DNA of 64,000 nucleotides from Deltaproteobacteria bacterium (GTDB lineage Bacteria; UBA10199; GCA-002796325; JACPFF01): NCBI GenBank assembly GCA_016210045.1, contig JACQUX010000019.1, positions 4,102 to 68,101 of the forward strand, read 5' to 3'. Shown piece by piece: positions 28,082 to 36,916 of this stretch (position 1 is its first letter; each line of letters starts with the position of its first letter). The notes under the pieces were generated by a model. It saw only the letters and a program-made list of their open reading frames with translations, ran no database searches and was not told where the DNA came from. The position numbers and the translations under genes were made by a program.

Positions 28082-28260
28082 TATCAGCGAGGCCGAGCGG
28101 GTCTTCGTTCAGGTCGTAATAGCGGCGCGGGAGTAGTAGAGGCCGGTGGCAGCGTCCCACTCGCGGCCGGTGAAGCGGAAGGGATGGGCGTCCGCGGTCG
28201 GTCCGGTCGCGGCGAGGGGGCGGCCGAAGCTGTCGTAGGCAAGGGCGCAAAAGGTTATTT
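28029..28260 (-). pseudogene. Degenerate orphan RHS C-terminal fragment (third rhs remnant)
   Basis: DNA about 85% identical to RHS core-end coding sequence at 30395-30500. Translates, with a frameshift, to ...PFRFTGREWDAATGLYYSRARYYDLNEDPLGLADITAVLIHD... Confidence 0.65.
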
Positions 28261-28276
28261 CAAGCATAGCGGCTCA

Positions 28277-28783
28277 TCACCGTGGTTCTTCTCCTGCCAA
28301 TTCGGATGACAAATCGATTTCACCCTCAGATCTTACGCCCTCATCATAGCGGGCAAACAGAATGGCGATATTGTACTGTGCCGCCAACCGCTCGATCACA
28401 CACTTTATCTCTTGTTGTCGATTATTCCCGCGACAACGCTTGTCGAGGTATCTCTCCAACTCCATCTCCGCTGCGCGCTTGATGTTGCTGGAGGCCTTGA
28501 ATGCGGACAGATAGATATATGAGTCATAATAGTAGAGATAGAGCAGCGCAAACGAAGGCAGGACCGCGTGCGCAGAGCGATTGTAGCTCCGGAATACCAT
28601 GCATGTATTGTCCGGACAGTATTCAACGGCTAGCGCTATAGCTTCACCCAAGGAGCGCATTAGTACCTGCCGTGCAGTTGTTGGGCTGGCGGACGGCCTG
28701 GTAAATCCACACGAGCCCGTATGCGCCACAAGCAACGCCGCGAAGAACGCGACACCTTGGCGCGGTACCGAGCACCAATTCAT
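28277..28783 (-). CDS. Candidate immunity protein for the orphan RHS-CT (M15-like) toxin; secreted/lipoprotein-like
   Basis: Low-GC ORF whose ATG overlaps the upstream toxin stop (ATGA at 28780-28783); signal-like N-terminus ([14 protein letters not shown]). Confidence 0.6.
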   Translation of the reverse strand: MNWCSVPRQGVAFFAALLVAHTGSCGFTRPSASPTTARQVLMRSLGEAIALAVEYCPDNTCMVFRSYNRSAHAVLPSFALLYLYYYDSYIYLSAFKASSNIKRAAEMELERYLDKRCRGNNRQQEIKCVIERLAAQYNIAILFARYDEGVRSEGEIDLSSELAGEEPR

Positions 28784-29526
28784 TGTCCCCCCTGTGGCAG
28801 GGATTCTGATGTCGGCGTGGTGTTTGGGAGCGCCGGCACACCGTTACCCGGCACCCTCTGCAAGTGCCAATGGTCATGTGCCGAACCTGCGGAGTCCTCA
28901 AAATGCCCTGCTCCAAACCCACATTGGTGGGCACACTGCATCACGTCGGCATGCGGTACCGGATTGAATCGAGGACCAGCAATATCGCATGCCTCGCCGC
29001 GATAATGGTGACTGTTGCGCGAGTGTCCGAATTGTTCCGCCCCTCCGTTTATCAGTAAATCTAGATTTGCGTTGCCCGTGCGTCGCTGCAAACAGCCCTC
29101 CACACACTGCAGATTCGCCAATGTTTGACCGCGGACCGGCACCGTTCGCGGCGGTGGCGCATTCCAGCGGAGCAACCCCCACGGGTCCACCCAGCGCAGC
29201 GGATTATTCCCCACGTACCGATACCGATGCGCATCGCCGCTCGCGAGGCCGATGGGGTCTTCGGTGAGGAAGCGGCCGAGACTGGGGTCGTAGTAGCGGG
29301 CGCGGTAATAGTAGAGGCCTGTCGCGGCGAGCGGGCGACCGAAGCTGTCGTAGCGGTAAGTGACGAGATCCGATTTTGTTTTACCGGCGACCTGGATCAC
29401 ATTGCCCTGGGCGTCGGTATAGTAGTGCCGGATGACGTCGTCGCGGATCTCGAAGAGCGGCTGGTCGATGCCGGGGCCGAAGAAATATTCCGCGTGAATG
29501 ATGTCGTTATTATCTGAGCAACACAT
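28780..29526 (-). CDS. Orphan RHS C-terminal module: about 105 aa of RHS core end plus a Zn-dependent peptidase (M15/LAS, D,D-carboxypeptidase-like) toxin domain
   Basis: N-terminus [25 protein letters not shown]...[23 protein letters not shown] parallels the main RHS core. The tail carries [10 protein letters not shown] (SxHxxGxAxD) and DHWH (ExxH-like) zinc-ligand motifs. Confidence 0.7.
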   Translation of the reverse strand: MCCSDNNDIIHAEYFFGPGIDQPLFEIRDDVIRHYYTDAQGNVIQVAGKTKSDLVTYRYDSFGRPLAATGLYYYRARYYDPSLGRFLTEDPIGLASGDAHRYRYVGNNPLRWVDPWGLLRWNAPPPRTVPVRGQTLANLQCVEGCLQRRTGNANLDLLINGGAEQFGHSRNSHHYRGEACDIAGPRFNPVPHADVMQCAHQCGFGAGHFEDSAGSAHDHWHLQRVPGNGVPALPNTTPTSESLPQGGQ

Positions 29527-29561
29527 CAGCTTACCTCAATATCAGTGAAGGAACGTGCCAT

Positions 29562-29852
29562 CTACCGCACGCGTTGCAGTATGTGTAATAAAGCGCTGAT
29601 TCCCCATGCCACACAGTACGCCCAGAGCAGGATGGTTATGACGAGCAACGGCACTGAGAGCCAGTATGTGTCAAACAGGCCGATTTTTTCTAGCAGATCG
29701 GCGACCAGCAAGGGCACGGGATTGAGCACGTCATTAAAGCGTAGGACAGCACTATAAAATGAGGGGGGATGCACAAATGTGATCGAGCAATATACAAAAT
29801 TCATAAAACAGAGACCGAAGACTGGCACCCAAATTATTGGTTTCGGCTTCAT
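29562..29852 (-). CDS. Candidate immunity protein for the main RHS toxin; small 3-TM membrane protein
   Basis: Very AT-rich ORF; its ATG overlaps the RHS stop (ATGA at 29849-29852); three hydrophobic helices. Confidence 0.6.
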   Translation of the reverse strand: MKPKPIIWVPVFGLCFMNFVYCSITFVHPPSFYSAVLRFNDVLNPVPLLVADLLEKIGLFDTYWLSVPLLVITILLWAYCVAWGISALLHILQRVR

Positions 29853-32800
29853 CGTGACGTCCATGTTCCGGAGGTACTTGGTGCGCGCGTTGAACTGGTA
29901 AAGAAAAAACTGGGTTCTGTGATGACAGGTGTGGTTCGTATCGGTGGCGCCCCGATAACTCCGGGAGCTCGCTCAAAATTATGTTGGCTATAGCTGCGGC
30001 AGATATCTGTGATGCCGTAAATGCCCGTGTTGCCTACTTCAGATGAAAGCTGTGCATTAAAGGTGACATCTTGAAATGGGGTAGTGCGCTTAAACGCTTC
30101 AATAATCCCGCCTGGCTTTGTGTCGCGATATACCTCACCTTGTAATAACCATCTTCCATTCATTCCAAAGCTATACGAACTATATGTTCCATTTGGATCT
30201 CCCACGCTGATACTTTGATGCCGATAAGGTTCATACGAGTTTGGGCCCTCAATCCAAATGTCAGTACCATTGGGATCGCGCCAATTCACCGGATTATTCC
30301 CCACGTACCGATACAAATTCGCATCGCCGCTCGCGAGACCGAGCGGGTCTTCGGTGAGGAAGCGGCCGAGGCTGGGGTCGTAGTAGCGGGCGCGGTAATA
30401 GTAGAGGCCTGTCGCGGCGTCCCATTCGCGGCCGGTGAAGCGGAAGGGAGGCTGCTCCGCGGTCGGTCCGGTCGCGGCAAGCGGGCGACCGAAGCTGTCG
30501 TATTGGTACGTGGCGAGATCGGCCGTGGTCTTGCCGGCGACTTGGATCACATTGCCTTGGCCATCGACATAGTAGTGGCGGACGACGTCGTCGCGGATCT
30601 CGAAGAGCGGCTGGTCGATGCCGGGGCCGAAGAAGTATTGGGCGATGAGATTGTTTTCGCCGTCATAATCGGCGATCCGCTGGACGCCATCGTAGACGTA
30701 GCGTTCCGTGGTCGTCACTCCCACCACCGTTTGTTGTCGCTCGATCCGGCGACCGAACGCGTCGTAGTTGAAATCGACGACCGCATCGCCGGACTGCACT
30801 CGGCGGAGTTGATCGAAGGCATCCCAGGTGTAGGTGGTCGTGAGGCCGTCGCGGATCTGTTCGGTCAGACGCCCGGCGGCATCCGTGGTGTAGCTATTGG
30901 TCACTGCGTCCCGGAGCGTGGCCAAGATCCTGTTGGGGGCGAGGTACCAATACTGCGTGTCGTCGGGGCCAGTGAGGCGGTTGCCGGCGACGTCGTAGGT
31001 ATAGGCCTCCGCAGGGTTGGTGGCGCTCAAGAGTTGGTCGAGCGGGTCGTAGCTGAAGGCCCGAGTGGTCGCCACATCCGTGCGCGCGACGATGTTCCCG
31101 ACCGCGTCGTAGCCGTATTGCAGCAGGTGTTGACCGTGCGGGCCATTGAACGTGATCTGCGCCACCCGACCGCGGGGGTCGTATGCCAGTGCTTGTGAGT
31201 CGTACGCCGTACTCCACCGCGAAGTCCAACGGCCGCCCTGGTCGTACGACAAGGAGGCACTGCCATCGTAGAGATCGGTGCTCACGCGGGTCCACCGCCC
31301 TGCGAAATCGAAAATCCGCTCGATCTTATGGGGCAGTCCGGTGATTCGGCTCGATTCCTGGCTATGCCACCAGTGATAATCGAGCGTCAGATCGGGACCG
31401 GTGCCGGATTGGGAGATCGCCGGGCGACCGGCGAGGTCGTAGGTGTAGGTATAGGTACGGTCCACGGTGGCCGCGCTGAGGAGCAGTCCGTCGGCATCGT
31501 AGGTGAACGAGGCCGTTTCGCCATCCGCGCTGCGGGTCACGAGTTGACCGGCTGCATCGTAGCCGAATTCAATCGTAGCGCCGGTCCGTGTGGCGATCCG
31601 TTGCAACTGCCGATTCCAGTCGTACGCACGCGTCTCGGTCGCGCCCTGCGGATCGGTCCACGCCGTAAGTTGTCCCAACGCATCGTAGGTATAGCGCCAG
31701 GTATTCCCGAGCGGATCGCTCCAGTGGGTCACCCGTTCCGCCGGACTACACCCGCAGCCGGCGACCTCGTAGCCGAGATCAGTCACGCCGCCGTTAGCAT
31801 CGACGAGCTGGCTGAGGCGGTTCATGGCATCGTACGCAAACTGCGTGGACTCGCCATTCGCGTTGGTGATGTGTGTTGGATTGCCGGCGGCGTCGTAGGC
31901 GTACGTCGCCACCGTGCCGAGCGAGTCGGTCACGGCCACGACGCGCCCTTGGGCGTCCCGATCGAGAGTCGTTGTCGTGCCGAGCGGATCAGTCACCGTC
32001 CGCACCAGCCCGGCAACGTCGTAGGCATAGGTCGTCGTCGCATTGTTGTCGTCGACTGCGGATAGGATGCGCCGTTGCTCATCGTAGGTGTAGCGCCTCC
32101 CGATCCCTTGTGTCTCGAGCTCCGCCACGTTGCCCTGGGCATCGTAGGCCACGTCGACGTCCCAAGCCTCGTTGCCCCCACCGCGCGTGTAGTCCGTCAG
32201 TCGGCCCATCGCGTCGTACTGGAAGTGCGTGGGGCGACCCTCCGGAGAGAGGATCTTGACCGGACGCGATTGGGCGTCGCGCGTGATCGTGGTGACACGG
32301 TCGAGCGGGTCGGTGGTGCGGGTGACAAAGCCGCGGCGGTCGAAGGCATAGGCCCATTTCCCCCCCTCGCCGTCGGTGAATGCCGTCGTGGTCGCCGCGG
32401 GTGGTGCGGGCAACGGATCGCTCTCCGTCCCGGCGTCGGCCGTTACGGAACCGTCGTAGTGTACGGTCTCCAGTTGCCACGTCTCGTCGGTGGGAAAGGC
32501 GACGCTCGTGACCGCGCCCGATGGGGTAAAGGTGTAATGCGTTGTCTCTCCCTGCGGATCGGTCTTCATGACCATACGGTGGTCTGTATCATACGTGAAC
32601 TGCCAACGGCTCCCATCCGGGAGCGTCAGGGACGTGAGGTTGCCATGGTCATCGTGATCGAGTTGCGTGGTACGCTGCTGCGGGTCGGTGATCGATTGCA
32701 GCCGGAAATCCGCGTCGTAGGTCAGCAACGTGATCTGACCGAGCGGATCGGTCATACTGCTCAGACGCTGATCGTCGTACGAGTACTTGGTCATGCGGCC

Positions 32801-34336
32801 GTCGCGGTCGGTGCGCGCGGTCTGGCGACCGGCGGCATCGAAGTCGAGCGTCTCGCGGGCGGTGGCGTCGCTGAGCGTGGCCGTTCCGTCTGCGTGTCGC
32901 GTGAGAAGGATCCCGGGGTCCAGCGGATGATGCAGGACGTCCCGGCCGATCCGCCGGATGCGGTGGTGTTTGCTGTCGGCAATATAGATCGTGCCGCCAG
33001 GAGCAAACGCAACGCCGCTCGGCCCATCGAATCGCGCTTGGGTGGCGGGTCCGCCATTGCCGTGATCACCGAAGAGAGAATCGCCTCCCGCGAACGTTTG
33101 TCCCGCAATTGTCGTGACGATCTCGTCGAGGCCGAGCCGGCGCAGGCGTTGCCCGCCGTTCTCGGTGAAATAGATCTGCCCCGCGGAGTCGAGCGCCAGC
33201 GCGACCGGCCCATTGAGTTGCGCGCTGGTTCCCGCAACCCCTTCTCCGTTATATCCGGCGGTCCCGTCGCCGACCAGGGTGTCGATGATCCCGGCCGGAT
33301 TGATGCGTCGGATCCGGTGGTTGAGCGTGTCGGCGATGTAGACATAGCCGAGCGAATCAACGGCGACATCTTCGGGGACATTCAGTCGAGCCGCCGTCGC
33401 GAGCCCGGTATCGCCGCTGCTGCCGGCCGTTCCGTTCCCGGCGATCGTCAGGATGATCCCGGATGGGTCGACGCGCCGGATCACGTGGGCGCCGGGATCG
33501 GCGATATAGATGTTGCCGTGTGGGTCGACGTCGACCTCACTCGGGCGTGTCAGCTGGGCGGCCGTCGCGGGCCCGCCGTCGCCGGAATATCCCGCACTGC
33601 CGGTCCCCGCGACCGTCGTGATGACCCCGCTTCGGTCCACCCGCCGCACTACGTGGTTGCCGTCGTCGGCGATATAGAGATTCCCATCGGCATCGACCGC
33701 CAGGTCCGTGGCGCCGTTGAGTTGTGCGGCCGTCGCCGATCCCCCGTCGCCGGTGTAGCCTGGGATACCGGTGCCGGCGTAGGTCGCAATGATCCCATGG
33801 GGGTCGATGCGGCGGACCCGATGCCCGCCCGACTCGGCAACATAGAGGGCACCGTCTGGAGCGATCGCCAATCCGGCAGGATGACTGAGCTGGGCCCCCG
33901 TGGCCGTGCCACCATCGCCGCTCGCGCCGGGCTCGCCGTTCCCGGCGATCGTCTCGATCAGGTCGGCACGCAATGGGACCGCCGTTCCGGAACCGTCCGC
34001 CAGCAACACCGCTCCCCCGTCGGGAGACCAGAACAACCGTCGCAAACCGACCACGCCCCAGCCGGAACCGACCGGACTCTCCCGCTGGTTATGGATCGCC
34101 AATTCGCCACCGCGCCCGGCGGTCAACGGGACAAGTTGGTCGGTCGCAATGCCTGTCGTGCGCTCGGGCGGACAACCGAAGCAGCGGGCCGTGGCGTATT
34201 GGCCGGCGAAGTAGTGGGTAATCTCGGCCTGATACGGATAGAGCCCTGATGGGAACGGCTCGCCCTCGGGTGCATCCACAGGCACGGCCGCGGCGAGCGC
34301 CATCGAGGCGGCCGGGGTGAAGCGTTGCGCAATCAT
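29849..34336 (-). CDS. NHL-repeat / RHS(YD)-repeat polymorphic toxin with a divergent C-terminal toxin domain
   Basis: About 1495 aa from MIAQRF. Six NHL-type repeats (LYIAD..NHVIRRID), then dozens of YD repeats (YTYD..G.L). RHS core ends [34 protein letters not shown], followed by an about 150-aa low-GC tail. The ATG overlaps the upstream lipoprotein stop (ATGA at 34333-34336). Confidence 0.85.
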   Translation of the reverse strand: MIAQRFTPAASMALAAAVPVDAPEGEPFPSGLYPYQAEITHYFAGQYATARCFGCPPERTTGIATDQLVPLTAGRGGELAIHNQRESPVGSGWGVVGLRRLFWSPDGGAVLLADGSGTAVPLRADLIETIAGNGEPGASGDGGTATGAQLSHPAGLAIAPDGALYVAESGGHRVRRIDPHGIIATYAGTGIPGYTGDGGSATAAQLNGATDLAVDADGNLYIADDGNHVVRRVDRSGVITTVAGTGSAGYSGDGGPATAAQLTRPSEVDVDPHGNIYIADPGAHVIRRVDPSGIILTIAGNGTAGSSGDTGLATAARLNVPEDVAVDSLGYVYIADTLNHRIRRINPAGIIDTLVGDGTAGYNGEGVAGTSAQLNGPVALALDSAGQIYFTENGGQRLRRLGLDEIVTTIAGQTFAGGDSLFGDHGNGGPATQARFDGPSGVAFAPGGTIYIADSKHHRIRRIGRDVLHHPLDPGILLTRHADGTATLSDATARETLDFDAAGRQTARTDRDGRMTKYSYDDQRLSSMTDPLGQITLLTYDADFRLQSITDPQQRTTQLDHDDHGNLTSLTLPDGSRWQFTYDTDHRMVMKTDPQGETTHYTFTPSGAVTSVAFPTDETWQLETVHYDGSVTADAGTESDPLPAPPAATTTAFTDGEGGKWAYAFDRRGFVTRTTDPLDRVTTITRDAQSRPVKILSPEGRPTHFQYDAMGRLTDYTRGGGNEAWDVDVAYDAQGNVAELETQGIGRRYTYDEQRRILSAVDDNNATTTYAYDVAGLVRTVTDPLGTTTTLDRDAQGRVVAVTDSLGTVATYAYDAAGNPTHITNANGESTQFAYDAMNRLSQLVDANGGVTDLGYEVAGCGCSPAERVTHWSDPLGNTWRYTYDALGQLTAWTDPQGATETRAYDWNRQLQRIATRTGATIEFGYDAAGQLVTRSADGETASFTYDADGLLLSAATVDRTYTYTYDLAGRPAISQSGTGPDLTLDYHWWHSQESSRITGLPHKIERIFDFAGRWTRVSTDLYDGSASLSYDQGGRWTSRWSTAYDSQALAYDPRGRVAQITFNGPHGQHLLQYGYDAVGNIVARTDVATTRAFSYDPLDQLLSATNPAEAYTYDVAGNRLTGPDDTQYWYLAPNRILATLRDAVTNSYTTDAAGRLTEQIRDGLTTTYTWDAFDQLRRVQSGDAVVDFNYDAFGRRIERQQTVVGVTTTERYVYDGVQRIADYDGENNLIAQYFFGPGIDQPLFEIRDDVVRHYYVDGQGNVIQVAGKTTADLATYQYDSFGRPLAATGPTAEQPPFRFTGREWDAATGLYYYRARYYDPSLGRFLTEDPLGLASGDANLYRYVGNNPVNWRDPNGTDIWIEGPNSYEPYRHQSISVGDPNGTYSSYSFGMNGRWLLQGEVYRDTKPGGIIEAFKRTTPFQDVTFNAQLSSEVGNTGIYGITDICRSYSQHNFERAPGVIGAPPIRTTPVITEPSFFFTSSTRAPSTSGTWTSR

Positions 34337-35490
34337 TCGCCCGGCCACGCGCACCTGATAACCCACTTGTGCCGGGAGCAGCGCATTGGGGTTGCGCTCT
34401 CCGGGTCCTTTTGGAAGGCCACGCGCGCCGTCGGGGCCGCCGTCGCGCTCGAATACGCCAGCGTCACCCCGTACGTCGCATCGAGCAGTGCATAGGACGG
34501 GAGCGCAAAGGACTGCATCAGTTCCCCGCTCGCCAGCTTGACCTCCGAGCCGCCGCAACGGCCGTCGCCCAGCCCGACCGAATCCGTCGTCTGCGGCGCA
34601 ATCGCCGTGGGATTGATGGCTCCCGGCGGCATGATGGTCGGGTAATTCAAATCGCGCGGTGAGAAATGGGTGACCTGGTATTCGATCCAGGCCCCATCGG
34701 CCGATATCTTGCCCATCCCCTCGTGTTCCCATTCGGCCGTAGTCTTATTGAAATACCCGACCGGGATCGCGGTACCAGCGGCGAAGCCGCGCGTATTCTT
34801 CACCCGGATCGTGACCGGCTGCGCGAACTGTTGCCCTTCCGGACCCAGTTCGATCGCATGTGTAAAAAAGGAGGTGGACGGCAATGGCCCCGGCAGCGCC
34901 TCGCCAAACGGAAATGCCGTCGCCCGAACCACAGTGCCGACCGACACCGCGCCGGCCGGGGCCTCGACTTGGACCAGCCCGGACGCACTGGTATGACGGC
35001 TCCCTTCGGGACGGAGCGTCCCGATCGCGGCATCCAGCGGTGTCAGGTAGATCGTGCCGACCGCCGTCGGCTGTTGCGCATGCACGGCAAATTTCCGATA
35101 CGCCGACGTATAGTGCAGATGGTGGATGTCGAGAAAGAAGACGCCGCTGCCGTGGACCGGCGTGACGGGAAAACGGAAGCTCCCGTCGTCCCCCGTGACC
35201 AGTTCACCTTCTACGCCACGAACTTGGACTACTGCGCCGTTCAACGGTGCCTTGGTGGCGGTATTGCGGACCGTGCCGACGAGCCATCCACTTTCCGGCG
35301 TCGCAAGGGCTGGCTGCCCCGCGGCCACCCAGCCTTCATCGTTGCCGCCGGGCAAATCGATCAGGCCACTGACTTGTGCAAGTGTCGGGAGGTCGCCTCC
35401 GTCCGCGCTCCCCTCGTCGCGGCAGCCGGCCAACGCCAGTGCCACGCACCACCACACCACCCAGATTCCCGCACGACTCCGCTCGCACAT
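34333..35490 (-). CDS. Lipoprotein with carboxypeptidase-regulatory-like (CarbopepD_reg/Cna-B-type) beta-sandwich domain, translationally coupled to the RHS gene
   Basis: Signal peptide plus lipobox (VALALAGC); GTVRNTATKAPLNGAVVQVRGVEGELVTGDDGSFRF is typical of CarboxypepD_reg-like domains; ATGA coupling. Confidence 0.7.
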   Translation of the reverse strand: MCERSRAGIWVVWWCVALALAGCRDEGSADGGDLPTLAQVSGLIDLPGGNDEGWVAAGQPALATPESGWLVGTVRNTATKAPLNGAVVQVRGVEGELVTGDDGSFRFPVTPVHGSGVFFLDIHHLHYTSAYRKFAVHAQQPTAVGTIYLTPLDAAIGTLRPEGSRHTSASGLVQVEAPAGAVSVGTVVRATAFPFGEALPGPLPSTSFFTHAIELGPEGQQFAQPVTIRVKNTRGFAAGTAIPVGYFNKTTAEWEHEGMGKISADGAWIEYQVTHFSPRDLNYPTIMPPGAINPTAIAPQTTDSVGLGDGRCGGSEVKLASGELMQSFALPSYALLDATYGVTLAYSSATAAPTARVAFQKDPESATPMRCSRHKWVIRCAWPGE

Positions 35491-35612
35491 CGCGCACGAC
35501 CCTTCGAGCCAACGGTCCTACTCTCGCCCTAGGCGCGGGCGATCGTGTCTGTCAAGCGGGAACCCGCCAAGTGTGATGTATCAATGGTTTACGGGATTGG
35601 CGCGGTGCTTTT

Positions 35613-36734
35613 CTACGCCCGCGAACGCCGATGGCGGATGGAACGCAGCACATCTTTGCGTTCCGACGTGAAGATGTTGCCCACCCGACCGGACCGATAG
35701 AGGCGTTGCTGCACGAGACGTTCGGCGGCTTGGACGGTCGTAATCTTCTCGGCCTCCGCCGTTTCGAAGACTTGCATCAAGTTATAGTAGATCCCGCGTG
35801 TCATCCGTTCCGCGCGTTCGACACTATAGCCTTCGCATTCGACATAGACGTTCATCAGTCCGCCGGCGTTAATGACATAATCCGGCGCGTAGAGCATGCC
35901 GCGTTTCCGCACGTCATCGGCACGCGTTTCGAGATCGAGTTGATTGTTCGCGGCACCAGCGATGATCTTGCACTGTAATTGGCCCAACGTGTCGGCGTTA
36001 ATCACGGCGCCGAGTGCGCACGGCGCGAAGATGTCGCACGGCACACTGAAGACGCGATCGGGTTTGACGGACGTGGTACCATGCTCCTTGCACACCTGAT
36101 CGACGCGCTCCGCATCGATGTCGGAAACAACGACGTTGGCGCCGGCCTCGACCAGCAATTTCACTAAGTGATGACCGACGTGCCCGACGCCCTGCACCAC
36201 GACCGTGCGCCCACTGATGTCTTCATTGCCGAACACGCGGTGTAAACAGGCATGCATGCCTTGAAACACGCCGAGCGCAGTAAACGGCGACGGATCCCCC
36301 GAACCGCCGTGCGATGCGGCGATCCCGACCACGTAGTCGGTTTCCGTGTAAATATATTCCATGTCGTTGACGTCGGTGCCGACGTCTTCGGCCGTAATGT
36401 ACCGTCCGCCGAGCGTGTTCAAGAAACGGCCGTACGCGCTGAACAGCGCCTGTGACTTGTCGCGTTTCGGATCGCCGATGATGACCGCTTTGCCGCCGCC
36501 TAAGCTGAGGCCCGCGGCCGCGGCCTTGTAAGTCATGCCACGGGAGAGTCGCAGCACGTCGCGCAGCGCCTCGCCCTCGTCTTTATAGAGCCACATCCGG
36601 GTGCCGCCGAGCGCCGGCCCCAACGTGGTGTTATGGATCGCGATGATCGCCTTGAGGCCGGATTCTTTGTTCTGACAAAACACAATCTGTTCGTGATCGA
36701 ACGCTTCCATCTGTTGCAAGACATCGCTGACCAT
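35613..36734 (-). CDS. Glu/Leu/Phe/Val dehydrogenase family (leucine dehydrogenase-like)
   Basis: GGGKAVIIGDPKRDKS and NAD-binding GVGHVGHHL motifs; 373 aa. Confidence 0.85.
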   Translation of the reverse strand: MVSDVLQQMEAFDHEQIVFCQNKESGLKAIIAIHNTTLGPALGGTRMWLYKDEGEALRDVLRLSRGMTYKAAAAGLSLGGGKAVIIGDPKRDKSQALFSAYGRFLNTLGGRYITAEDVGTDVNDMEYIYTETDYVVGIAASHGGSGDPSPFTALGVFQGMHACLHRVFGNEDISGRTVVVQGVGHVGHHLVKLLVEAGANVVVSDIDAERVDQVCKEHGTTSVKPDRVFSVPCDIFAPCALGAVINADTLGQLQCKIIAGAANNQLDLETRADDVRKRGMLYAPDYVINAGGLMNVYVECEGYSVERAERMTRGIYYNLMQVFETAEAEKITTVQAAERLVQQRLYRSGRVGNIFTSERKDVLRSIRHRRSRA

Positions 36735-36916
36735 CGGAGCCTCCCTCGTCGGTATAAGATTTGGGCGTGCTGCTAACTGTCGGGTGGGGTGAAGTCAATC
36801 CGATTTTCGCGTGCCAGCGTGATCATCGTCATGCGCGTACGCTGATCCGGTCATAACACAACACGCCAACGCAGGCCGCCTTGCCGCACACGCCGCACCT
36901 ATGTCATCAGCCAGAC

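Noticed and set aside
32075-34249. 724-aa plus-strand ORF (and others at 30215-31198, 31328-32065, 32791-33381) inside the RHS region
   Set aside because: Antisense to the RHS gene, whose minus-strand frame shows unmistakable NHL/YD repeat periodicity. Long antisense open frames are expected at this GC content. The products are low-complexity Arg/Gly/Asp-rich.'
34333-34732. Single fused lipoprotein-RHS gene with a programmed or erroneous frameshift
   Set aside because: The ATGA stop/start overlap at 34333-34336 gives a simpler two-gene explanation. The same coupling recurs at the other junctions in the locus. Not fully excluded.
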